DNA of 64,000 bases from Plasmodiophora brassicae (taxonomy: Eukaryota), in the NCBI GenBank assembly GCA_036867785.1, contig CP145425.1, positions 1 through 64,000 of the forward strand, given 5' to 3'. Position numbers and translations under genes: made by a program. The notes under the pieces were generated by a model. The model saw nothing but the letters and a program-made list of their open reading frames with translations, was not told the origin of the DNA and searched no databases. Shown here in pieces: positions 37,039-50,339 of the stretch (positions within the stretch are counted from its first letter, which is position 1; the number at the start of each line of letters is the position of its first letter).

Positions 37039-38246
37039 ATGTCGATGACGGAAGAGGTGCGGGTCGGCATTGGCCATCGTCTGCCTATCGCGCACGCTGA
37101 ATTCGTACGGGGGCAGGTGCTCGACGAGATCGAACGATTCCAGGAGGTGTTCGAGGGCAATCGCCGGTGGGTTGAGAGCCGCCAATCGGATTTCTTCGAG
37201 CGAACGGTGCGATTGATCGCGTTGATCGTGGGACATGAGTTGGGCCTGACGGGCCGTAATCCTTGGCGTAGTCGAGGACGCAGCAGCCCCGGTACCTGTT
37301 CATTGGATGCTCGGACAGTCGAGGTAACCGTCGATGTCGTCGTCGCCGACCGCTCTGACCACCGCGCTTCTAGTCCCGGCACAAGATATCACTGGCCTCA
37401 AGGTAACCAGTAAGCCGCGATGGGGGCGTTCTTCTCGATTGTGACGGGTTGCAACTGCCAGACGGGCGAGCTGTTCGTGCATCGTAACATTGCGAACACG
37501 GTGATCCAGAGCGACGTCAAGTACGGCGAGACGGCGTGCTTGGCCCTGGCCGTGTGTTCGTGCTGATGCGTTGGCGTGGCAGTCTGCTGTCCGTCGTGGA
37601 GTTCGCTGTCGAGCACCTGCACGTCCGGCACATCATTGGTGGGCGTCTGAACGAGTTCCAGTAGCGATGCCTTACTGCCCCGAACGCATGTAGTTTGTGG
37701 CCATTCCGAATGCGGTGGCGTTCGAGCAGCCATGAACAGACTCGACAAGGGCGCCCTGTCCAGCTGGCTGGGGCACATTCGCGACGTCCATCGCCTGCAC
37801 TTGGACGAACTCAGTGCCATCGACAACATGGGTATTTAGTATCTGTGGCGACTTACCCCGCCGAATGCTGAATCGCTCCACCGTGGTGCAGAAGCGCGCT
37901 ACCGACGCCTCGTGGAACTGAACGTCCAAGAGCAGTGTATCAACCTGTTGGTTATCGCGCGCCATCGCAAACTCTGAATCCCGAAGTAATCGCCTATGCC
38001 GCCAGTTTCAAGATGGCCGTTATTCAGCGAAGCCTTCGCGCGACCGGCTTCCCTCGTATTCATGGGTTGGTCTACGACCTGAAGCACGGGCTGCTGCGCG
38101 AGCTCAACGTCGATTTCAAATCGTTCCGCGGGCGGTATGGGACAATCTACGAATTCTACGACGACGACAACGAGAGCCACGCGGACCTCGACGCGAAAGG
38201 CAATACCAAGGCCATGACGTTGCCGTCGTCCCCGTCCATGCACTGA
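37039..38246 (+). CDS. Beta-class carbonic anhydrase, multi-exon
   Basis: FEGNRRW, QQPRYLFIGCSDSR|VP, GELFVHRNIAN, VCGHSECGG (Zn ligands C, H, C), LVELNVQEQ, IHGLVYD. Confidence 0.93.
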
Positions 38247-38415
38247 CCGGCGCCCTGAGACGTACCGACTTCCATTGCGTAAGCGTCTCCACAATGATGC
38301 CAATGTGACCGCTGCCACTGCCACTGCAGGAATATACACCCTTCGTAAATTGTCGTCCATGAGTGGCAACTGATTGTATGGTCGATTCGAGATGCACGCG
38401 CGGCATGCCGATACA

Positions 38416-39345
38416 TTAGTCGCACATGGTGGTCTCGAGTTGCGCCTCGACGCTGGTCATCGGGACGAATTGCACGCCGTCGATGACGGCCATGTTGACG
38501 GACCCATCTTGGTTCTTGTCGACGGTCACCAGGGACTGCTGCGGCCCGGCACCGATCGCCCCGACCAGGCGGCCACCAGGCTTCAGCTGACCCAGTATGT
38601 CCTCGGGAACGTCCTCGACTGCTGCGCCCAGGTGAATACTAGACGCGCGCGCACGTCGAACTCAGTCGGGACTGTAGAGAATCTGAACGCGGGCCAGTAC
38701 CAGTCGTAAGGAGCGTGCTGCGGCAGCCCTTTGTGCCCGTCCCCAACCATGATCTGGACGGTCTCGCCGCGAATCAGATCCGGGAAATGCTCGCTAATCG
38801 AGGAGATGGACGTTTCCACCAGCTCTGCACGGCCGCTCCATGCGGTCACTGGACAAGGCCAGATGCACACGAGGGAACGGGCGCCGGCACCTACCTGGAA
38901 TATGGTCGACGCCGTACACGTGGCCGCCCTTGTCGCCAACCATCAGGCCCATGACGGCGCACAGGTACCCGCTGCCGGATCCGATGTCCAGCACGGTACT
39001 GCCCTGCAACGATTGCCCCCGTCATCATAACGCCAGGCAGGATCCGTTGCGATGTTGGCAGACAGACCGGCTTCAAATGCTGCTCGAGCAGTCCTAGGCT
39101 GACGGCATGGACACTTGGCGCCGACATTGTCGCTCCATGTCCTGATCATGTGTTATGCCTGACGTGTGGGCCGGGCCGGGGCGCCACGTACCGATGCAGA
39201 CCGGGTGGTCCTCGTAGGGCGCGGGGCAGTCCCGCGGAGCGAAATGGGCGCGATCGACGCGCGCCATGTACGCGGCGACGGCATCGGACGGCAGTTGCCG
39301 CGACTGGCGCAGGTGCTCGATGAGTTCCTCCTGGCTGCCCGTCAT
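38416..39345 (-). CDS. PCMT1: Protein-L-isoaspartate O-methyltransferase, multi-exon
   Basis: VDRAHF..PYED, TMSAP..H, VLDIGSGSGY, VYGVDH, GDG..APYD, IHLGAA, QLKPGGRL, VQFVPMT. Confidence 0.92.
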
Positions 39346-39951
39346 GGCGTGCGTTGTCTGCAGCCCCGCACCGCCAGTCACACTCGGACCCGCGCACTAT
39401 AGGTATTCCTGGATGAATTACCTACCTGCTGGCGGCCACACACCGCCAGACCGACCTCAATACCGCTGCGAATCGCCGGGGACGTCGCCACCGACCCTAT
39501 CTCTTCGTTGACACCATTCCAGGTCGTTCCATTACGGGACGTTCACCAACGCCGGCAGGTCGGTTACAGGTAGGTATAGTAACGGCCGCCCCTGTTGCGG
39601 GAGTCGTGCGGCGACGAAAAGTCGTGCGAGATTTTCGGCAGAAAACGCGGCCCGACTGGCGGGTGCCGACGGTCACGGAGCCCGTGGACGGCGGACATCG
39701 ATCGCAGTTCCGCGTGGTCGTGTCGTGTCGTCGTCGTCGTCATCCGTGTGTGGACGGGCGGGGCGGCGTCAATCGAGGGGCGGCGACGCTCCCGACCCGT
39801 TCCTTATCAGGCGCGCGCGCGCATCGACCGGGTCCGGCGGGGGAGGGGGGCGCGCGCGCTCGCCTGTGCCGCCCGGCAGCGGATTCGACAGGAGCGACCG
39901 GTGGGCGCGGCCTCCGCCCCGTGTGACGCATCGGAATTGGCCGTGACGACG

Positions 39952-42900
39952 ATGCCGGCGCCGGCATCATCGCCCGGCCCGATGGACCCGGCGGCGGCGC
40001 GACGCCCGCCGGACTACTCGGCCGCCCGCCTCGCCGGCATCGACCTGGCCGGCGGCGGCGACCGCGCCAATCGCATCGCCATCGCCGCCCAGCTCCGCAA
40101 CGCCCTGGCGAAGCTACGCACCAGGCACGTACCGGAACATATACCATTTCGTAGTCCTGTCTGTGCACCTGTCCGGTCTGATGGTGCGGCGTTTCAGGCG
40201 CGGTCTCCTCCTGCAAGAATTGCAATCGGTCGCCGAGCTGGTGCCCGGTGTCCAGATTGATAGGCCGGCGTCTGCAACACCGACGGTTGCGGTACCGGCG
40301 CCGGCGCCCGCACCTGCCGCACCGCCGGCCGCGAACGACGCAAAGGCGGCGCCGGCGTCGTCTGGGCCGCCGCAAGCCAAAGCCAAGCCCGAACTCGTGT
40401 ACTACTCCGGCCTGCATCGGGCGCAGGTCATGCAGAGGCGCGGCGTCGACGACCTCGACGAGCTGATCAAGCGGCGCGATGCGCTCCAGGCGCGCCTGGC
40501 CGAGTTCCAGCGGTCGGCGGGGTCGCTGGTCCCGAAAGTCGCCGAGCCCGAACGGTGCCGGACGCAGTGGGATGCCCTGCTCGACGAGGTGCGCTGGATA
40601 GCGAATGACTTCCGGCGGGAAGAGCAGTGGAGACGCGCGGCCTGCCGTGCTACTGCCCAACAGGTTGGTGTGCATTGCCAACGCGTTCCGCTGGGCGTTG
40701 CGTCTGACGCTCGGCGTGCTAGCTCGAGTGGACCATGATGAAGCGGTCGTCCAGGCAGGCGTTGGCAGCGCAGTCGCTCGTGCTTCGTACGCGGCGGCTG
40801 GCGGCGCGCGCCTCTGACGCCGTCCGGAAGTTCTGGGGGGCCATCGCCCGAATCGACCGGTTCCGAGCGGCGTCCACCCCCGACTTTGACTTGCTCGTTG
40901 GTCGGGACCTGCACGGTGACCTGGAGGTCGCTGACCAGGGCATCCCCGAGCCGTCGTCGCTGGACGTCAACGCGGACAAGGTTCGTTTCCCGATGGATGG
41001 CGCGACGGATATCGCCCGGTTCTCCCGTCTGGTCGCCCTGGCGCGCGACTCGCAGACGCTGGATGTGCACCCGCCTCGCGATCTGCTTTCCTCGACGAAC
41101 CTAGCGGACCACCAGCTCGAGGGCGTTGCCTGGCTGTCGACGATGCGCGATCGCAACCTCGACTGCATCCTCGCCGATCAATCTGGTCTGCGCCCGCCGT
41201 ACCTCCTGCTGTGTGCCGGATGATGCTGACCCCTCCTCGTCCGGTTCAGGTCTTGGCAAGCGTGTGACCGTGCTGGCATTCCTTGCACACATCTTCAAGA
41301 CGGGGTCGACCACGCTGATTGTGGTGCCGTCGCGGACGGTGCCCCGGTGGGTGTCCGAGGTACAGACCCGCCTGGAGCCGGACGTGGTCGTCTCCGTCCA
41401 GGTGCTGGCCTACAGCGACGCGTTAAAGGCCAGCGGTAGCCCGTACCAGTTCGACACGGTCGTGTACGACGGCGACGGGGACCGGATCGAGTTCGCCCAT
41501 CCAAGCCTGGCGCCTCTGCTGCGGATTCCCGCGCGGCGACGAGTTCTTATCGCACCGTTCACTGGGGACGTCTCCCAGTTGATGTTCGTCGCGCAAGGCA
41601 CCCTGTCGGACCCGTTCCACGTTGAGGGGTTCGACCGCGTTGACGTCGTCCGACACTTCACGCTGTCTCGGTCGGCGGATGGCATCCGACGCCCGATCGC
41701 TCTGCACGATGTGGAATGCTCGATGACACGCCAACAGGCGTTGAAGTACGACGCCGTCGGCATGACCTCGATATCGTCGTCGATGACCGACCTGCAACGC
41801 CTGCGATGTATCCTGGAGATGCGGGCGGCCTGTTCCCTGACGCAACCGGATGAACGACGGGCGCCCCGCACGCCTCTATGGTTTGATATTCGCCGACGTT
41901 TGCCACGACGCTTGACATCTGCCCTGGCCTGCTATGATCCGCTGTCGCACCTGTCGCCGTCGTTGGTGTCAGCGGCGGCCGCTCTGGAAAGGCTGTCTGA
42001 ATCGAGGGGACCTGGCTGCGATCTGAAGGCCGTTTCGAGCAGAAAACTGGTCTCCAAATCGTCGCCACTCGAGCAAGCCATGTAAGCGTGCCTCCGTTCG
42101 ATGCGCCTTCGTTGCTGACAGCGCCAACAGGGCGGCGTCCCCCTCTGACCGCGTCGTCTCATTTCGGCTGGTTCGTTCACTCCCGGCATCGGTTGTGATA
42201 CCCGGCATCGTGTTCGACCTGGTTCACAAAGGCAACGCGGCGTGTGCTGTGGATCCCGTTGATCCACGACCGTTCCTCGTTTACACTGAACGTGTTCTGT
42301 CGCCCGGTGGCGATCATGCCCCGTGCTCCGACGCCTGTCCTGATATCCCATCCGACGTCTGGCGGTGCATGATGTTTCGACGCACGGGCCCATGGCCGAA
42401 TGCCAAGGTCGCCCTGTCCAGTGGCAAACTTCTGGCTCTGTCGCAGCTGCTCGACGAACATCATGGCAGGTCCATCGTCGTTCTGGCGCAGACACGTGCG
42501 ATGTGCGACGCAGCCCAGCTTCTCCTGCGGCAACGCCGCCAACGCCACGCCCGATCACTCGATGTGTTCTCGCCCGGTACCGTCTGCATCGCCTCGACGC
42601 GCTCCGATCTGTCCGATCTCGACCTGTCGCCGGTCGACGTCGTCGTCATACTCGAGACGGACTGGGACGCCGTTATCGACAGCATGGTGCGGTTGCTGTT
42701 GTTCGTCGTCCCAGATGCCCGTGTGACCCTTGTCTGATTCCTCCGGTGCCCACAGGTGAAGGCCCAGGTCATGCGGTTGAGCTTGCGAAGGCCGGTCGTC
42801 GTGTATCGGATCGTCTGCCCGAACACGATCGATCAGCGCCTGCTGCACGAATCGGCGAGCACGGTGGGCCCCGCCGCTCTGCTCGACGGTGCCTGTCCCA

Positions 42901-45156
42901 GCGGAACGTGGGCCAGGCTGTCGTTCGACGACCGGCAGGTGCTCCTGGGCAGGGCCGAACTTGCCGTCGACCTGCACGCCAAGCACGTGCTGCTCGTTGC
43001 GCTCGAGCGGCGCGCCCGCATGCTGTCCCCGTCTGCGCCCAGCGCGAGCATCCCCCGGCTACTGGCCCGTCTCCGCCCTGTCGAGCAGTGGGCGCTGGGT
43101 TCATCAACGACCCCGTCGGAATTGACGCCCGTCGACCTCGTCAGCCTGCCTGGCGCCGGGGCCGTCGGGCGCCAGGACCGATTCGACCATCTGCCGTCGG
43201 GCGCGCACCCGCCGCCTAAATCGTTCCCGTCGGGCACGGTCGTCGTCCTGACCGACTGCGCTGCCCAGAAACCTGGTCGCAAGTTCGACAGCGTTCCGCC
43301 TGGCGTCGTCGCTGCAACGGTATGGCACACACACGCTGGTTCGCCCGACCGCCGTTTCAACGTCGTCCGCTGCAGGGCCGTCTGTTTGCCGGGACGTATA
43401 GGCCCCTTCTCTACTATGTCTGCGCCGGCGACGACGTCGTGCGCCTGTTTGCCCACAAGTACAGGCTCGTGTTCGAGGGTGGCGAGCCGCTGCCGCCGAC
43501 GGACGCGGACGACGACCCGGCGACGACGTCGCACGGGTTGTTCGCCACGCCCGACGCCATTGCCCGTATGTACCTGTCGCCGGCCGCCAAGCGCCGGCGC
43601 CATCGCAGGACGAAGCGCCGCGTGCGCCTGTCGCAGACGATCAACACGGACGGGTCCATCGCCACCCGCATCCGCATCCCGGTCAGCCGGATCGCCGGCT
43701 ACAAGCGCAAGGTCGAGCCGGAGGACGCGTCCGGCATCGACGACGACGAACGGGAACCGGCGAAGCGGCCCCGGGCGGCCGAGGCCGACCACGCCATGGT
43801 CGTCGAGGTCGACCTGGGCGCCGCCCCCGTTGCCCCGGTCGAGCTGCGTCGCGTGCCGATGCAGCATCCGCCGCCCTGGACCGACGACGAGGTCTGGCTC
43901 GGCGGTGTCCTGTTGCTCTGTGTGTGTGTGTGTGCCTAACCGCGCCCCGCGTAGGACGCGCTGATCTCCTGCGCCGTCACGTTCTTTGGCGCCAACTTCG
44001 TCATCGTGGCCAACTTCCTCGGTACGCGCGGCCCGCACGTCGTCGGGTCCGGTTGGTGTTCGCGCTGACGAACGTTCGCCGCAGAGTCGGACCTGATTGT
44101 TCGGGGGCGCCTGCGCACCGCCAAGCAGTGTGGCGAGCGGTACATGTCGCTGATCCGCAAGGGGAAGGACGCGGTGGGCGCGGCCTGGGAGCGCATCGCC
44201 GCCGAGTCGAGGACGCCGGTGCCGCCCGTGCCCGGCGGCGACCTGACGACGAACCATCGGGCGGCGCTCGACTGGCTCCGTCATCGCTGCCAGGTGCGGC
44301 ATCGTGCGCACGCCGAGCGCGCCTACGACGTCCTGGCGCACGCGTCGCGATGCGTCGCACAGCACAACGCCCAGTGCAAGCGCGGTCTGCGCGCGTGCGT
44401 CGTCCCTGTGGCGGCCGACGCCTTCAAGGTGGGTGCTGACGCGCGCCGCCTCGTCACCGTGCTGGGTAGGTGACACGCGCGCGCCTGCGTGTGTGTGTGC
44501 AGGATTCCCTGGTTCGAGCGCACCCGTCGCACGGCGCCGCCCTGGCCGCCGGCCACAAGCGCCTGCTGATCCCGCCGCAGTCGATCGGGCAGACGCTGTC
44601 GCCCAGGCAGATCGTCGAGCTTCGCCACCTGCGGGACCGGACGACCCAGAAGATGTCGGACCTGCAGATGCAGCAGCACCAGCAGCAGGCGGCGGCGGCG
44701 GCAACGGTCGGGCCTGCGCCCAGGCACCTGGCGAACAGCCCGGCAGGTCGAGCAGGGAACGCGGCGCCCGCGTCCCGGAACGCCACCATGGGCATCGTCG
44801 CGAGCAACGTCGTGCCGCCGTCGACGACGCCCACGATGGCCGTGGAAGCGTCGACCGTCATGGAGGCGGCCGATGACGGGAACGCGGTCGTCGCCAGCAG
44901 TGCAAGCGCGTCGGCACCGTCGGCGGCCAACACGCACCTGCTCAAGTCAGTGACGGGGACGTTGACCCGGGGGCAACGACGATTGTGACTGATGACGGGC
45001 CCGTGTTGCCGATATAGGTCGCTGATCGAGAGGAATCCGGCGCTGAAGCCGAGGATCTACGAGATCCTGCAGCACACCGAGCTGACCGAGGCGCAGAAGA
45101 TCGACCACGTGTCGACGTTGCTGCAGAGCCAGGAGGCTCGCAGCACCCCGTTCTGA
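39952..45156 (+). CDS. p400/SWR1/PIE1-like protein: HSA + degenerate SNF2 ATPase + SANT/Myb + Q/A-rich tail, multi-exon
   Basis: HSA: EPERCRTQWDALLDEVRWIANDFRREEQW. SNF2: HQLEGVAWL..CILADQSG|LGKR, SSGKL, STRS, DVVVILETDWD, VYRIVCPNTID. SANT: WTDDE|DALI..FGANF..RTAKQCGERY. Last exon ends STPF* at 45156. Confidence 0.8.
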
Positions 45157-45659
45157 GGCGACGCGCGCGCTCTCGCTCCACCCTGTCCTGCGTCTCCCCC
45201 CCGCATGTACCTACCGCGTCCCACCGGTGCCTCATGTCTTCAGCATAATCTATATACGACCATGGCAATGTCGTTTTATGCAATGTGCTTGCGATGCTTG
45301 CGACGCTTGGCGTCAGCCTGCGGCGCCAGGAGCAGCGCCAGGACGACGAAGACCAGCAGGAGGAGACGCATAACGGGGCCTGCGGCGATGGAATCGATGT
45401 GCTGTTCGCGGGAGCTTAACGCTAGGTGAATGCTCTCTGTGACCCTCTCTGTCAGCGCCCCCGAGATTGGGTGTCTGTGCCCCAGATATCAGTTGACTCA
45501 CGCTCGTCGCCAAACAGGCCAGGGTGGACTCACGGTGCCGTCACGCGCCTGCTGGACCTTCTGACGATGGTGACGATAACGTTCCGAGCACGGTCGCCGA
45601 TACTACTACTATACAATATAGGTTTACTGTCCGATGCATCCGTATACCGCCGCTGGTCA

Positions 45660-48462
45660 TCATCGTGCGCAAGAGAACAACCAGGTCGGCGTCAGCGACG
45701 GGAGGAGGCGTCGCGCCGACGGGCTCCCCCGTCGGTACTCGCCGGGGAACAGCTCGCCGTCGTCCCAGGCGGCCAGCTTGGCTTTGTAGTTGTCCAGCAT
45801 GTGGTCGGTGAGCGAGTAGTTCACGCCCCGGCGCTGCCAGAACGAATCGTACGCGTACCCGTCGTTGCGGAAGTGCAGGACGGCGCCGACGTGGCGCAGG
45901 GCGTACCCGCCGACCTGCGCCGTCACCATGTCGGCGTTGTTCACGACGCGGTAGCAGTTGGCCACCATGCTGCGGAACGCGACCTTGAACCACGTGTTGC
46001 CCTGCACACACACACGACGTCTAAGCGCCGGGGGTTTACGGGCGGCGGCAACGAACACGACGTACGACGCGGGGCGCCCCGAAGGTGGCGCAGAGCAGGC
46101 GCGTGCCGAGCGCGAACCGCGCCTCGAGGTACAGGGCGGTGATGACGGCCAGGGCGCCGCCCAGGCTGTGCCCGGTGAGGAACAGCTGGCCGCGGGCGTC
46201 GCCGTCCCGGCGCAGCCAGGCGCCGACGTGCAGGTCGAGCTGGGCCCGGATCGACCGCCACTGCATCATGAAGCCGCCGTGGACGCGGGCGCCGTCGCCG
46301 ACGTCGAACACCTCCTCGAACGCCGTCGGCTTGAACGACAGGTCCTGCTTGAAGTCCTGCTCGGACATGGACCCGCGGAACGACACGACCAGGTCGTTGC
46401 CGTAGGCGAACAGCGCCGCCTGCGAGTCCTTGCTGCTCTCGAGGAACTCGACGAACCGGACCGTGCACGGGCGCCCGGTCGGCCAGGCGCGCAGGCCCAG
46501 CAGCTGCGCCCGCGACCGGTACGCCAGGCTCGCGAAATGGCACAGGTCCAGCAGCAGGTCGCGGTCGGGCGGGTCGCAGAACAGCGGCGCCGGCCCCGGA
46601 TCCGACCTCGTCGGCACGCGCACGCGCCGCATCGGCGACGACGACGACGCCCTCGTCGCCGCCATCGCCGCCGCCGCCCGCTGCACGAACGCCCCGGTCC
46701 AGACGCGGCAGGCCGCCACGTACCGGTGCATCTCGTGGTCGCTCGGGCGCATGCTGGCCGCCAGGACGTCGTCGGCGACGTGGTCGTACGCGACCCGGTG
46801 GTCGGCGCGCAGGTGGACGACGTCGCCAACGGGGCGGAACGGCGCGCGCCCGCCATCGCTCAGGATGATCGGGTCGCGCGCGTTCACCACCCGGTACGCG
46901 TTCCGGAGCAGGTGCCGGGCGCGCCAGGCGAACGCGTGCCCGCGGGCGACGACCGGCTCGGCGCCGAACGTCACCAGGGACAGGGCGTCGCCCAGGGCGA
47001 ACCGCGCCTGCCAGTGCAGGGCGAGGAGGGCGGCGACGGCGCCGTCGACGCCGTGGCCGGCCACGACGACGTCGCCGGGGCGGTGGTGCCGCGTCCAGTC
47101 GGTCAGCATGCGGTCGGCGCCGCCCTGGACGCGGTCCAGCAGGTCGCGCAGGTACCCGGCGTGCACGCGGACGCTGCCGTCGAGCCAGTCGACGGCAGCG
47201 TCGTCGTCGTTATCGTCCGCGCTGTGCAGGGCGACGACGAGCGTCGCGTGGCGGTCGACCGCGAACGCCGTCCAGCGCGGGTCGTGCTCGACGAGGACGG
47301 CGCGCGCCCCGAGGCCGTCCGTGGCGCGCAACGCCATCGAGATGGACGCCGACGTCGCCGATGGCGACGACATGGGCAGCGACACGACCTGGGCGATCGT
47401 CAGCAGGCGGTCGCGGGCGATCGGGTCAGCGACGTGCGGCGACGGCGCCGGATCGCCCGACGAGGAGGACGACGACGAGCGGGACGACGAGCGGGAGCGT
47501 CGGGCGCGTCGATGCCGGCCGGCGTACAGGGCGGTGGCGCGGCACTTGCGCAGGCGCGCCAGCAGGGCGCCCATGTCGTGGTCGTCCATGTTCGCCAGGC
47601 GGTGGTCGAACCGGGCGAACGTGGCGTCGTAGACGCGCCCGTTCTTGCGCAGGTGGAACACGCGGCCGACGTGCTTCCACTCGCCGACGTTGACGAAGCA
47701 GACGGGGTCGTACCCGTACAGGACGCGGTAGGTGCGGGGCACGAGCGCCCGGTACCGCGCCTGGAACGCGGCGTTGCCGACGCGCGGCGCGCCGAACGTG
47801 ACGACGGAGAGGCGGTCGCCCAGGGCCAGGCGCCGCTGCAGGACGCAGCCCTGCAGGATGGCGAGCAGGGCGCCGCTGCCGTGCCCGGTCAGGCGGACGT
47901 GGGCGTCGGCGTGCGCGGCCAGCCACTCGACGACGACCTGGTCGACCTGCGCGTAGATGCTCCGGAAGCAGTCCAGGGCGCCGGCGTAGACGCGGGCCGG
48001 GTGCGCCGCCGGGAACGCCTCGTAGAAGCGGGCGGCGTCGCCCGGCCGGTACAGGCGTAGGTCGTCCGGGGCGTGGCGGGCGCCGCGGAACGCGACGCAC
48101 AGGTCGTCGGCGCCCGACTGCAGGACGAGGGCGTGGGCGCTGCCGGCGCTGCGCAGGGCGCGCAGGACGCGCACCGGGCGACGCAGGCCGGCGCACATCT
48201 CGTCCGGGTCCAGCTGCGCCAGGCGCCGCCCCGCCATGTACGACAGCGCGCAGGCGGCGCCGCACTCGATCAGCAGGGCGCGGTGCGCCGCCAGGTCGTC
48301 CGCCGCCGTCTTCTGCTGACCGGCGCGCCCGCGCACCGCCACGGTCGCCGTACTCGTCGCCGTCGTCGCCGACGCGCCCGAGTCGACGGACGACGCCGGC
48401 GATGGCGCCGCCGACGTCGTTCGACGCCGCCGCGAGTCCAGGTAGCGCAGAACGTGGCCCAT
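45660..48462 (-). CDS. Protein with three tandem lipase class 3 domains
   Basis: Three nucleophile elbows (LTGHGSG, VAGHGVDG, LTGHSLGG), each followed by TFGAP/TFGAE and a YRV..D motif. Intron 46002-46065 gives FGAPRV|GN, NNADMV, DHML. Confidence 0.88.
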
Positions 48463-48949
48463 GTCGTCGTCGTCGCCTTTCGCCGTCGTCGTCGTCGTCG
48501 GCGTACTACTAATCGTCATACTACTACTTAGCGTCGTCGTCGGCCGACCATGCACGACGCGGTCGTCGTGCCCCGGCTGGCTGGCTGGTGGGCGACAGAT
48601 TTAGATTGGCGAACCCCGCGTGACCGCGCCGCCCCTGGACGAACAGCGGCGCGCGTGGACAGATTACACACCGCCCCCCATCGATGGATTAATCGGTGCC
48701 AATTAATCGCGATCCGTCGTTGCCCCGCGGATTGTAGTGGTGGTGGTGGTGCCGGCCGACGCGGATAGGGATTGCGCCTCTCGGAGCATCAGGTGTCGCG
48801 GCGCATGGCGTTCGTCTTGCCAGGTGCAGGCACCCGAATGCGACGTCGTCGACCCTGCAGGGAGCGTCCGCCATGACGTCGACGCTGCACCTGCGCGCAA
48901 CACCGATGTCGCTTTAGACACCGTGTTCACGGACGACCCAGGTGTTCAA

Positions 48950-49540
48950 TTCTTTTGTGTCGGGCGTCTTGAGCGGGTCCAGAACCGAAAGAGTCGACCG
49001 CCGAGTCGTCCGTGAATTATTGCCGTGTTTCCGGGAACTCCGTCACCGCCTGCACGAGCCGTGCGTCGGGCGCAACAGGTACGTCTTCTTGGGGCCGTGC
49101 TCACGCAATGTCAAACAAACACCGGACGAAAGTGCTCGCTGGGCTTTCATTCGCGGATTGCTTGGTATGTATGTCTTGGCATTCTCGGCAACGGTTGACC
49201 AGCACTTCGATCGCATCATCCGATTGGGAGACCGCTTGCCTGAATACGGACTGACGATAAACTCCAAGAAGACGTACCTGGTACAGCGCGAGGTCACGGA
49301 CCTGGGTCATGGGCTCATGGCGAGTGGATCCAGCCCGACGCATGGCTCGTGCAGAAGAAGGCGCGCACTTCATAATCGAAACGGACCATCGCCCGTTGGA
49401 ATTCCTGCGCGAGGAACAAGATGATGCGCAGCTATGTCGAAACTAGGCCATGAGATAAATCCGGGCGCGTCGATGGCGAACGTGGACGCGTGGAACCGCG
49501 TCGAGTATCGACACCACCCCGGGGAACCCGAATGGATCCA
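48950..49540 (+). mobile_element. Highly decayed Ty3/gypsy-like pol remnant
   Basis: AFSATVDQHFDRI..LPEYGLTINSKKTYLVQREVTDLGH resembles the RT thumb region; FIIETD (~49369-49386) resembles the RNase H start. No YxDD and no LTR seen; limits approximate. Confidence 0.55.
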
Positions 49541-50339
49541 GCGCTCGTGGAATCAGACTCGGATCAGGACGACGGCGGTGACGACTTATTACCGGGCGCG
49601 GCCGAGTGCTCGGCGTCCACGCTAGACGAGGCGGTGGGACGGTCCCGAATGTGGCGGGTCTCAGGGAGCGACAGCGGTCTGATCCAGTAGAGTCGGCTGG
49701 CGGTGACCACACTCTTGGAAGACAACGAACGTCCGACCTGCTCAAAGGGCAGGCGAGCGAAAACAGCGTGTCGTCAAACCCCTGCAGACTTTCTCCAGTA
49801 CGTCATGCAAGCGACGCAAAGTTTAACCATTACGCCGGCGACCCCATCATCCACCGAAACCTTCGGCTTGCAAGGACGCTGTACCCGACAACGATCCGCG
49901 AAGAAACCGATGTCCTACGTATACGATATGACGGCTCATTGCCAACGCCCGATCGGTACCAGTCCGAGAAGGAGTTCAGCGGGAGTGGTGATCGTAATTC
50001 AGTATTAGACCCACGATCGGGCTGTGCCGAACTCATGACGTCGGTGACGCATTAGCACAGGGGCGCTCGCGATGAATACGTTGCGTCTGCGAAACCATCC
50101 GCCGCATGTTTCAGCAGCAAACTGGGCGGCCCGATGCACAAAGCAGACATGCGCGACAAAGCGTGCGGGTGCCGCGGGGGCAACTTGTCACTGCAACTGC
50201 AATGCCAACTGCGCGTCGGTATGTACCAAGCGACAGTGGGAGCTGCAGGCGCGATCGCGGATTGCGCGGGGTGCGCCACTCGCGACGCGCCCACCTGTGT
50301 GGGGGATCCGGCCTGCGAAAACGACGTACAGGCGGCAGG

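Noticed and set aside
42833-44704. 623-aa minus-strand ORF
   Set aside because: Antisense to the p400-like gene, whose + strand carries the recognisable motifs and splice sites.
45958-48060. 700-aa + strand ORF
   Set aside because: Antisense shadow of the very GC-rich triple-lipase gene; low-complexity R/G/A/V translation with no motifs.
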